From Trichoplax adhaerens (Eukaryota > Animalia > Placozoa): a DNA stretch of 64,000 bases. A model generated the notes under the pieces. The model was not told the origin of the DNA and searched no databases. It was given only the letters and a program-made list of their open reading frames with translations. Below, piece by piece: positions 1-11,712 of the stretch. The DNA is taken from NCBI RefSeq assembly GCF_000150275.1, contig NW_002060944.1, positions 6,361,102-6,425,101 on the forward strand, in the 5' to 3' direction. Every line of letters begins with the position of its first letter. Position 1 is the stretch's first letter. Made by a program: the position numbers and the translations under genes.

Positions 1-210
1 AAACATAACTCACGCAGAGCGCGATGACTTTAAAATCTAAAATTCGTAAATAAACGTTACGTAATAGTCAACAAGTACTATAGTTGCAGTTAACTACTGC
101 AAGGAAATACCCAGAATTTGTCTCATTGAAATATTGCAATCCCTATGATTACATAAGAATCCGTCAGAGATTATCAAGTTTCAGTAAAATATTAGACTGG
201 CAATGTAGTA

Positions 211-1212
211 CTAATTCGTGGCATTTCTATGTATTATTTTATGCTTAGTTAAAGCTCCCGACTGAGTAAATGATTTACCGCACACTAAACACTTATACGG
301 CTTCTCTCCGGAATGAATTCGTTCATGTTTTCTTAGTTGACTGGAGTCTGTAAATCGTTTACCGCAATCAGAACATGAATACGGCTTTTCACCTGAGTGT
401 ATCCTATAATGCTTTTTCAGGTCATTGGCTTGCACGAATCTTTTGTTGCAAACATCACATTTATGTCTCAGATCTCCAGTATGAATTCTTCTATGGATAG
501 TCAAATGATAAGGTTGGGTGAAAGCTTTTGTGCAAATATCACACTTGTAAGGTCTTTCACCAGTATGAATCCTCATATGACGAGTTAGGCAGTGATAACG
601 ATCAAAAGCTTTATTGCAGATTTTACAATAATGAGTTCCAGTAATATTAGTACCAGAACTACGGGTACCAAGGCGTTTGGTAATACTATCGTCTGACCAT
701 GTTTTGTCGTTTACAGGCTTGTCATTGTCAGAAATTTTTGTAGCAGTCACCGGTTGGATAACTGGCGAAGCAGTTTCTTTATGATGTTCAACAGGGTTCA
801 CGGGATTGGCAATAATGGCACCTGGTGACGCAGGCATGTACATTCGATTGCAAAAGAGGTAGTCAAACGGTAAACAACCAAAATATCCTGACATACCTAA
901 CTTGAAATTAACACCAAAGGTATTCATTAACGGCTGGATGGCAAAATTCTTTTGAGGATATTGGTGGCAAAGATTACCACCTCCTTGATATTTTATCAGT
1001 GTTTTATCGTGAACACTACCCAAATTATGAAGGATTCGATCGACAGAAAATGGCAATGGACTAACTGCTTTACTAGCATCTGATTTAACCGCTACGTGAT
1101 TGGGTTTACCGGTGCTTTCCAAGCCATCTCGATAGTGAGAGTTCTCATGAAGAGCTCCGATTGCCGCATTATAATTGCTGAGAAAAGTGGGTCCCATGTA
1201 ACTTCCTGCCAT
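211..1212 (-). CDS. C2H2 zinc-finger transcription factor (5 fingers) with N-terminal eh1 (Groucho/TLE-binding) motif; intronless CDS
   Basis: 333-aa ORF with five CxxC-x12-HxxxH fingers joined by TGERP/TGDLR/SGEKP/SGEKP linkers; FSVDRIL (nt 1030-1050) fits the eh1 consensus FS[IV]xxIL. Confidence 0.92.
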   Translation of the reverse strand: MAGSYMGPTFLSNYNAAIGALHENSHYRDGLESTGKPNHVAVKSDASKAVSPLPFSVDRILHNLGSVHDKTLIKYQGGGNLCHQYPQKNFAIQPLMNTFGVNFKLGMSGYFGCLPFDYLFCNRMYMPASPGAIIANPVNPVEHHKETASPVIQPVTATKISDNDKPVNDKTWSDDSITKRLGTRSSGTNITGTHYCKICNKAFDRYHCLTRHMRIHTGERPYKCDICTKAFTQPYHLTIHRRIHTGDLRHKCDVCNKRFVQANDLKKHYRIHSGEKPYSCSDCGKRFTDSSQLRKHERIHSGEKPYKCLVCGKSFTQSGALTKHKIIHRNATN

Positions 1213-3678
1213 TTCATAAAGTGCCCATACAGTTACTTACAATGAAAATGATTTGATATATGCGTCGGCTCTTTTACCTTTGAAAGATCTACCAGTAGCT
1301 GCAAGTAATAATAAATGATTGTCACTTTGACGTTCGTTTTAGCTTTTTGAACTGATCTTGAACCAACGGTAATACTTTTAAAAAGGTCAAGCTTCACGAT
1401 GGGCGATGTAGTAAAGAGAAGGATAGATTCTATTACCAACTTGGATTCGTTTATTAGCTAATTACATAAAATTACGCAAGATATATGTTCCAGTGGACGG
1501 AAGGCAAAGTCGTGAGTCAGACGATTTGTAATCCGTTACGATTGTATCGTTTCGTTTCTTACGAATCGCTGATGTTCAGAGGCGTACTTATTTTGTTTTT
1601 ACGTGTCGAGTATCGAATCTACAGTAAGTACAAACAAAATATGTTTTAAAATATACATCTTTTATATTTGAAATAGTGAAATTAAGAAACAATGTGATAA
1701 AAAATAAGCCTATGGTACATACAGTATAAACAAAGTGGGATCATCAAGATGTTAATTGAATGGTATACCGTATGTACTGTACATACGCGTATATTACAGA
1801 TTAAACTGCAAAAATATTGAAGTTCCCTATATTCTTGGTACAGTATAGAATACATAGATTCAATTCCTCGGTATACAGTAGTAGTATTATTTGAGTAATT
1901 TAGCGCTCTATTTGACAGTCAAGTGTAAAAAGTTTGCTTCCTTCAAGCTACTTTACTAACTGTAAATCTATTTCAAATCATAGTTTATAAAAGCGCAAAA
2001 TTTGATTCGAATATTCAAGTTTCATCGACAGCATGGTACGGTACTGTACGCTGTACAGTAATACTTTATGTTGTATCTACTCAGTACAGTAAAATGTATC
2101 AAAGTGATCTGTGGTTGATGCCTACGGGTGTTCTCACGAGTAGTCGGTCATGTGTCCATCTACCCATTATATTGTATTGTGTATAATAATGTAGTGAGGT
2201 CGTAGGTCGCACACGTTGATCTCCAGATTGAACGTACGTACTGTACCGTGAGTCAGGGCTGTTACGGGCTTGCTTGTACAGTATGAGAAATCTTTGCCAC
2301 TACAGTGTACTGTACAGTATGAAAATTACGAAATGTACAGTAGACCTCTATATTCAGTATGTACTGTAGTATACTGTACTGTACCCACAGTACCGTACGC
2401 AACGCTAAGGCATTGCACTAGTTTTTTTACTGTACTGTACTACAGTGCGTTTTTGGTCGAAGTTTGTTTCTATTTTTTTTTTCAGATCTTTTTTTTTATA
2501 CTGTTTAGAAGTCAGTTTTTAATTTTTGTCAAAATACCGTACACTGCATAATGGTATTTTAGGTAAGAAATACGTCTAAAGTACGATACATAATGGATGA
2601 ATATTAGTTGTGTATCACTACGTCAAAGTATATATTTTTACACTACTAAGTACTCAACTCCTCGTAAGTTGAAAGTTATCGTGAGGATTTCATCAAGAGA
2701 AGCTTTGGTGCTTACTTTTCTTCTGAGTTAAGGCCAGTTATAATATTTATTTTTTTTAATCAAGTTAGCTAGCTAGTTTAACTTTAATCTATGTTGAAAT
2801 ACCTGTAAAAATATCGGCACCGTTGTCAATTGTCGATTACCGGCTGGATATTCCAAGAAGTATTGAAAGTATCGAAAGGATACGTATTTTATCAAATACA
2901 AGAAAAAAAATATTTGAATGTATACTATAATTTCGCGCAACTCGCACGACTGGATTTGTCAGGACACCTTTTACAGGGTGGTGTAGTTATCCAAAAATTT
3001 ACTTCTAGTGCCACAACGCCTGTCAAGAAAGGGAATTGGTTAATTTTGGACAAAATATAGCAGATGAAAAATGATTTTCATCGGCTCTAAGAATGCGAAA
3101 ACACTTTACCTCCGAGAGAAAAAGGGAAAATGATCCCTGCGTACGAATGTCTAGAGGAACGGAGAAAAATTAAGTAACCTAGAATAGTAACGCCTGCTAT
3201 AAGAATGCCAATAACTCAGGAAAACTGTACTGTACAGTACAATACACTCTGTACACTGTACTGTACGCCCAAGAAGTGTCACGGGATGGTTAAAAGGTAC
3301 ACGCCCTCGAGACACTGCGTAACGATGCGCGTATTGTACAATACTGTAGTCAAACAAAAGGAAAAAGGTAAAAAGAAAAATGTGTACAGTACAGTACTGT
3401 AGTAGTCGAGTCGACTGGTGATGGCCTCCTACTGTACCTGGCTCGTACCACGTACTGTGCAGACAGTGCAGTATGACATTATACTGCACTATAAGAAAAA
3501 GCTGTACCGACATTACAGTACAGTATGTGGTCTTCTACTGTACTGTACAGTGTACAGTACTAGTCCATAACTCTTTACAGTATAATATTGAGTCCCTGTT
3601 GACCCAAACATTTCCCTAGGGTAATGACTGCCGTACTGTACAGTACAGTACTAGAAGAACGTCTTCTTCGAGTCCATG

Positions 3679-3730
3679 TACAGTACTGTACAGTACTATA
3701 CAGTACAGTACAGTACAGTACTGTACTGTA
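3679..3730. repeat. TA-(CWG-TA)x10 array; longest example of a motif dense over ~2030-6000
   Basis: ta cag ta ctg ta cag ta cta ta cag ta cag ta cag ta cag ta ctg ta ctg ta. Confidence 0.95.
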
Positions 3731-4769
3731 CAAACTAACTGGATGTTATTACAGTACTGTAATGCTATTCTTCTATCAAGGACTCTTGCAGAGACATACA
3801 GTACTGTATTCTCTCTAGCTCAGAATCGCTGCGGAAAATGTGGGAGATTTTTTCGTAAATAATTAGAATAAGCAGTAGGAGGGAACTGGCTGGGCTGGGC
3901 TTGAAACCCGTCCAATCTTGGGATTGATTGATTTAATAAGAGATTACAGTAGTCAAAGAAAAAGAGGAGGATTCCTTTTTAGGTGCAGTCCTTGAGTTAA
4001 AAAAACTACGTATGAAGAGGACTGTCATATGTGTGAAAGTTAAGTAACCAATCATGGCGGTGTTCAGTGTTTACCGTCTCGCGCTCGGTAAAGTACTAGG
4101 TCAACGGGAGCTCTTAGCGCTAGGAGGGCCAAGCAGGTCTGCAGCAATGTTATGCGCTTGATGGATATTTTTTGTTAGCCTGATTTCTTTGAAATGTAGA
4201 AAGTAAAAATGCGTTACGGATATTGGATAACCACTGTTTAAAAATGAAATACTCCATTCTTTTGTTCGACCGATCGATTACTTTCTTACCAAGTAAAGTA
4301 CTCTTGTCGTGAAGAGAGCGAGATGAAACCGTAAAGGTAAAATAAAAGATTAAAGATCCTCACCACAACTGTACTTCTATTTATTATACAGTACTGTATT
4401 TTGCTTCGCAAATGCAGCAGTGCGGTGCAGTAGTTTACGTAGCATAGATTACTGTACTCAGTGTACTATACAGTACAGTACACTGGACACTGAGTGGAGT
4501 AGTCACTGACCAACTGTACGGTACGCTGTAATACTGTAATCATGTAATAAGTAGACTGACTGTTCTTTTCCAAAATGTCACCGCTCACTTTGCCAGTGAT
4601 GAATTAATAAACTTAATTAAGCTCTATACGGTATCTAGGACTCTGTAGACTGCAGTTGCTAGAACGTATACATATATACATTAATCATTAATTAGTGTAT
4701 GATTGGAAGTTCGCAATCTCCATTTGTAATTTTATGTACTTGTTTATTTACCTCCATGAATGTGGCATG

Positions 4770-4829
4770 AAATTTAGTAGTCCATGGATGGTACTAGTGT
4801 ACAGCACTCTACAAATTTAGTAGTCCATG
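4770..4829. repeat. 17-bp exact direct repeat x2
   Basis: aaatttagtagtccatg at 4770-4786 and 4813-4829. Confidence 0.85.
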
Positions 4830-5289
4830 ATACTACACATACCGATGACATACGTAGTAAGGTAAAAAGATAAAGTTAAGGGGTTAACTAACCTAAAAGA
4901 ATAGTGTTGAGTTACCGATATTTCTGAATAAAAAAAGTCCGCTTATATTATTAATTATCATTGTTGTTTGTTTGATTATTTATCTTGATTTTAAAGAAAA
5001 AATTACACAATGCTGTCCAAGAGACTGCATGCCGTTGGACCAGACTCTATTACAGTGTTATACAGTATAGTACAGTACTTTTTCCCAAAAATTTATTCCA
5101 TTTCTACGACACAGTCGAAAGTTTGATGGGCGTCTGAAAGCAACAATTTTGCTGATCAAATGGGTACTTGATTAGAATCGCGTTGGAAGTTAACTTCAAT
5201 GAATTGTTAGCCCAAGGATCAACTTGATCCCAATTTAGGCCTTGGTGATTGAATGTAGCTAACTTCATTGCTAGACAAACTACAGTCAT

Positions 5290-5430
5290 TGGTACAGTTA
5301 TAGAGGTTTCTTAGTACAGTAAATAAGAGAAAAATTCGGGACATGGACTTGTTCAAGTAGTCCTTTCTAGCTGTCCATGGTACAGTCATAGAGGTTTCTT
5401 AGTACAGTAAATAAGAGAAAAATTCGGGAC
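5290..5430. repeat. 53-bp direct repeat x2 (52/53) with a 35-nt spacer
   Basis: tggtacagt(t/c)atagaggtttcttagtacagtaaataagagaaaaattcgggac at 5290-5342 and 5378-5430. Confidence 0.95.
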
Positions 5431-5835
5431 TGAAAGTCGCTGTTCAGTGGAACAAATGTGCAGGCCGTTGCTGTAAATCAGTACATAACAACAATTCGAT
5501 CAATTACACATAGTAAAACCTTCACCAGCAGGTAACATTTGTTTAGTAGTAGCAAATCAAGTACCGAGTTGGCCAATGCAGCTGGGAAATTTGATTTTGA
5601 AAATTATTCTTGATGGACTCCCAGTACAGTACTGTACATTACAGCATGCAGCCATGCTTTCGATTGCTCAAATTACTCTTGAGTGAAGTGTCGTAGAGAG
5701 TGTAATACGTACACTCACTCACTGGCCTATTACAGTAGTAAACTGTTACTCTACTCTACTGGTACTGTACCGGTATCGTATAATGCTTGAAGATATCCCT
5801 ATACTGTACTTGACACGTGTACACTGTACTGTACA

Positions 5836-5871
5836 GTATCTGAGTAATCGGGGTTATTATGGCTGGGCCTA
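5836..5871. repeat. Dispersed 36-bp copy of the end of the 19.4-kb foldback element
   Basis: gtatctgagtaatcggggttattatggctgggccta is the reverse complement of 19359-19394 at 35/36. Confidence 0.9.
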
Positions 5872-8800
5872 CTGTACAGTACAGTACCAGATATCGTAGT
5901 AAGAAACGTCAGTGTTCCACAGTACAGTACTGTATTATAGTCTGTACTGTAGATATCTACTGTAAACGGTTTCTGTATGAACGAGTACGTACTAGTTGAA
6001 TGTGTTCATGGCTTTGACGTTTCAGCTCGCTGACACCATCCTGCGCGTCACACTCTTCTCACTCTCAAAATAGGGTATTTAAACATTAATGCAGTAATTA
6101 ATTTAATTTTATTTATTGAAGACTAATTTTATTGTATCATAATTTCGCTTGACAGTGTAGTATTAGCGTTATACTTTGCCTTTGGAATAATTGGATAAAA
6201 TTCATGCGAATCTACTGCACTACTAGGTTGCTTTCGCAGCGGCAATGTCCGCTTCAATCGATCGAGAAAAATTTCATTCATTATACGCATACATAAGATG
6301 CAATATACACTTCTAGTATACCATAACGTTCACCATAGTGGACTGCCAAATTTACTATACGATATATTTTAGTCAATCGTATGAAGGCGTAATTCTACAG
6401 GCAAGTGCTACAAAATAGTAACTAAAACCGATGAGCAAGTCTTGCAAGAGAAGCCAATCAACAGCATTAGCAATTACCATAGAGTTACTATTTCTCAATA
6501 CATCTCGACAATAATTACGGACTGTACGTCAATTTTGGACCATTATACAAGTTAACACATAATAAATTAGTTATTATAAATTCTCCAGATAACTTATCCT
6601 CAACAGTAACCGATTGATTGATTGACCGTAGTAATTTGGCTGTTATGGCGCTCTCACTGAAAAAATTGAAAGCTAATTTTGATAATATTGGAACGTCAAT
6701 TGTTGCAGTATTCATCATAAATTCATTTATTAGGGCATCGATGATTATACGCGTACACTTAATTACTGCTAATGTGCGTTAAACAGTACGTATAAATCGA
6801 TGCGCAATGTGATCAGAATAAATCAATTAACCCTACCATGGATACTACAAATGAGGATTATGACATATTATCACTTCTTATACTGTCTAGCTGATCTCAC
6901 ACATCTAACTGGGTGTTGCGGGTAATAAGTTGTTATAGTCGCAAGTAGTTAACTAGCGCCAGTACTGATGATACTATAAATGATAATTTTGACTTATATG
7001 TTTCTCTTGATATGATACTAGTCAATCTTGTACATCTAACTGTGGGTTATCAATAATAGAGAGTATCAGCCAGACTCAAGCATTTGTTCAGTGGCTATTT
7101 TTTATTATATAAACTCGTATACTGTTAATCTAGGAATACATAAACATAAATATTTAAAACCTATGAATCGTGTATCAAGTCGCATCGTAGTTTTTGGCAA
7201 GTAATACAGACTTCATAATGCTAGTACTCATTTTTGAAATTCCAGAAGTGATTGTGACGCAATGAGCAAATAGTTTTATACAGTAATTACTACAGATATT
7301 AGAAGTATAGGAAACTTTGTCTTGAATATTGGTAGTAATAATGAAGATGTGGTCAGTGATCAAAGTTAACAATAAGTTTATATACCTGCTGCACCCATTT
7401 ATGAAATTAAGATGACAACATCAAATATTTCATCTGATAATTATGAATTGTGTACCAAGATATCATCTCTGTATTTTATATAGCTTTATCGTTATATACT
7501 TTCCATGTACTAGCCACAACTGGTGCCCTTTCCTATATGTGTAAATACTGGTCGCTGTTCTGCACGCTCTACAGATAGTATAACTTAATGTTAGCCAGTA
7601 TAGTGCTACAAATAGGGTACTAATAACTATCACTAATGATTCGAAGTTGACACCTATCAATTATGGACTACATTTTATAAATCTTTGATATTGGCTGATA
7701 GTTTAGTGACTTAGGGAAGCAAATACATATCTCCTGATATCGACTAGCTAGGCGCCTGATACTGTATAATGCATTACCATGGCAAATGCTAATAAAAAAA
7801 CCGTCATAACAGTTATATGCTATAAATTTATTAGATGAATCCATCAAAGAAAAACCATAAATATTATCAATAGAACACTTATTTGTACTCATGATGCAGC
7901 ACTTGCTAAATGTTTTATATTCATTTTGAATTGATATATCTATCGCATAAGTTTATGATACATCGAGAAAATATTTAGGCTGTCAATTTAGACAAATCTG
8001 AATACATAATGACCCAATTTGTGACTTAAAAGATAAGATCTTATGAAGTAAAACACCCATAAATAGAGCTTTTAAAGAAGATTTTACATTCTTATTAATC
8101 ATCAAAGACTTTTACTATGATCGAGAGAACTTAATGAACTATAATTCAGAGGATAACATTTGGATAATTTGGACATGATACGAGGACGTTTATTGAAATA
8201 TACGACATCATTGAAAAAATGCCCAGCGTCGTATTGAAAATTATATATATGTTATGTTAACATATATATATATATATAATGGTTAAGGATAATCTGATTA
8301 TAGAGTTTTCAGCGGCATCTTGAGTCAAGACGCATACAATAATTTATGCTGTTGAATACAGCTTAATTCAAAATTTGCAATGTGCACATAAATATGCGTA
8401 TGTACAACGAAAATAAGATAACTACAGTTTGTTAACTACATGTGAAAGAGTCAAAGCAGATGCACTAGGCTGAAAAGTTTTCGGTGTAAGTGAACGCTGT
8501 CTGCTATACAGAGATAAAAACATATTGATACTAATGTAATGATAAATGAATACGAATACATAAAGGGAACATTCGAATAAAGATTGAAGGGAAATCTAAC
8601 ATTAGAGCAGCCTCCTTTTTCAAGAATGTAAATGAACATAACTATATAAAATGCATCGATTTGTAATCTAGTCAACAAGATTGAATCATTTGCATTGTGC
8701 CCACTCACAGATAAATTTAATTCGGTGTCCGAGCTCATAAAGGTATTTGCAATCGTCGAATGCTATCAGATAAATGCACTGGTACATAATTCTTAAATGA

Positions 8801-11712
8801 GTTAAATGCCATGCTTGCGCCTGCATTACGTACCTATCATAACCTAGAGTTACGTTATATTTATTGCTATAGTATGTCTACCATGTAATTGAAAGGTTTA
8901 TTATCTGCTTTACAATGCAGAAGTAAGAAAAAACTAAAGTTTAAAGCGATGATGACGTGAGATTTTTGTTATTTGATAAAATGTAAGAGTCGCGAACAGT
9001 ATAGTTATATATCTTCTTACCAGCGAAGCAAAGATAATCAAGCAAGAAAGTAAGGCACAAAAATAAATTAAAATATCGCTAATTAATAAATTAAAAAAAA
9101 AAATACTATATTAGGATTGAATTTCATCGATTCGCTTTTCATTGCCATGTTAAAACATGTTCAAATAAACAAGTTCTAGTCTAGTAATGAATCCAAAGAA
9201 ATATCAATATTAAGAGTTAGTACTGGACATGCATAAAGCAGCTATCTATTGCCACCTTATATTCCATATCAGTTTAAACTTAAAATTGTAAGTACACATG
9301 TGTTGATTCGTGAATTTTTTATTCCGCTATTTTCGTAGCTATATGTGCGTTAGAGGTATTTAAACATATAAGACATTAAGAAACTCTTTATTTGAAATTA
9401 TTCCTGAATTACAATTGAAATATATCTACTTTCCTATTTATGTCAATTTCGCCTTAAATTAATGCCCTGTGCAGGCCAATGTAGTTTATTTAGTACAAAA
9501 ATTTACTATTCAGGTAAAATAATCATTTTAATAATATCCTTGTTACTCAGTGTTAAAATCCCCTCCTTCTTAATGAAATGATGATCACTGACCTTATTTA
9601 CCGAATTCAGAGTACTATTTCCCGTTTGTATGCTAGTAAAATATAATAAATGTTACATATTTTCACGTTTACTGATCATAGAACCAAATCAATTATTATC
9701 TCCAATAGGCAAGATTTTGCTTTAGATAGTAATGACGATGTAATTTAAAATGCTTAAATTATATTTAATAATATACTGTTGAAAAAGTAATAAATACTAC
9801 ATTCTAATTTGAAGCACGAATGTATATGCAGCTCTGCTAACATTTCTTTAGTGCGGTAGACTCACTATGATAAAAACCCTCAAGAAATATTGCTTAACAA
9901 CTGATTCATATGAGAAATATCAGTTTGCTAACACAAAAACCGTCAATGAAGTATATTTTATTTCATGAACTAATTTATCATATTACATTATTCATATACA
10001 TTATGAATATAGTATTTTTAATATTTCAAATTTCCTTTATATCAGCGTCATGACGATTAGACATCAAATCTAAAAATTTGATATACGAATAATCTTAAAT
10101 AATAATTTTTATTAGCATAATTACTCACAGTTTGACCGAGAGGCCAAATTTCTATATAGTGTTGCACTACTAAACTACATACCCTCGATAATTTATAACG
10201 ATCTCAACGCAATTTTAAGATTCATTGCAAATAAATATTTATACGTTATTGAAAAAACTATGTATCCACTCCATTTGTGACCACATAGATACTGGCGTGT
10301 AGCAGTGAAAGTAACCCATTTATAGATTAGTAACTATAACATTCAAGCGATATTCCGTTTCAGTATCTATAAAGCCACAATGTATGTACTGTACAGTACA
10401 TATACTATTGTCTAGACAGCTCTCCTTTAGTGTACTGTATAGTACAATAAGTATATGGACAGATTTAAGATTTAAACAATAAAGAGACCGGTAGGTATAG
10501 ATTTTAATAAACTGAAAGTGATATATATATATACTTAGTTTTCATCGAAGTTAGGTATTATTAGAAAAGCATAGAATCTTTTCAATGATAATTGTTGAAC
10601 TTTCAATTTATTCTCTTATATAGAGTTTAAAGAGTACTCAACCTACGGCTTTCTTAGATTAAATTTGTTCTTTATGAAGAAGCATACTTAATAATTCTAT
10701 CATATCAAATTAGTTATTGTATATCGGTTTATATATATATATATAGCGGTTTACAGTTATATCATTCCTAGACCTTGCAATATTAGGACAGTATTGAGTA
10801 AGAAAACCGTGCAAATTTTTTGATTCAGATAGTATTGCTTCTACAAATACGTATGTCAAAATTTATTTTATGCGGTAATATGGGCGTTAAGGTTACCATC
10901 TCCTCAGTAGTAAAGCCCAAGGCTTTAGAGGTTAACTACTATAGTAATTAAAACCTCATTTTTAACTTTCCTTCAATATAGCACGAAAAAAACCGAAGTA
11001 GTGCAAATGGCCATAAAATAAAAGTGCGTTACGACGTGCATCGATAGGCAATTGTTATTACTACGTAGCAATAGAAGGAAAGGGCTAGGGAAGAAGTTTA
11101 CTTTTGCGACCGTTACTTCTATCGACATATATCTGTTAAGATACGCTTAGATGTCACTTATTAACAGTATTATAACTATAGAATTTTAATATGCGCGTTT
11201 TGTTTATTAGTCTTCATATTTAAACTGTTAAAGGTATCAGATACGAAGAAATATTTACGCGGTTACGCATTTCTTATAACAATCGCCAAAAAATTAACTA
11301 TGCCTATTCAATTTAGACATATTTCAGAAAGGGTTATTGGAATAACTTATTTAGTATTAAATATTGTTTAAATAAAAGATGAAAATTGTCTGCAGCGGTG
11401 AACAAGAATCATTTAGTACGCGTATATTGATTATGAAATAAATATAGCAAGCAGATATAAGTACATTTAGCCTTGGCTGTTAAGGCTTTTAATGGTATGG
11501 TACAGAATTAATGTCATTAATGCAGGTTAGATATGCAGATTTATGTATATATATACTTTATCTTCACACTAAAGGCCTTACTAGACATTTATAAGGGTTA
11601 CAAGTCAAGCGCTAGAGTGGTAGAATTTCGCACATTTTTAGTTAAATTTTCAAGTATAATGATAAAAGTAGTGTCTAACTGGTTGCGACTATTCACTTTT
11701 TTTGTAATGCAG

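Noticed and set aside
211-1212. Calling the zinc-finger genes Fezf or odd-skipped
   Set aside because: eh1 is shared, but finger number and recognition helices do not match those families as I know them.
2336-2353. TACAGTAGACCTCTATA resembling a pogo/Tigger-type terminal repeat
   Set aside because: No convincing partner repeat (only 9 nt match near 5299) and no transposase in the window.
2270-3818. Short ORFs rich in YSTV/TVQY/VLYC (also 19739-20127 and 40414-41296)
   Set aside because: They are translations of the TACAG/TACTG arrays, which are stop-poor; there is no protein-like signal.
5290-5430. Repeat-spacer-repeat resembling a CRISPR unit
   Set aside because: Only two copies, a 53-bp repeat, eukaryotic context and no cas genes.
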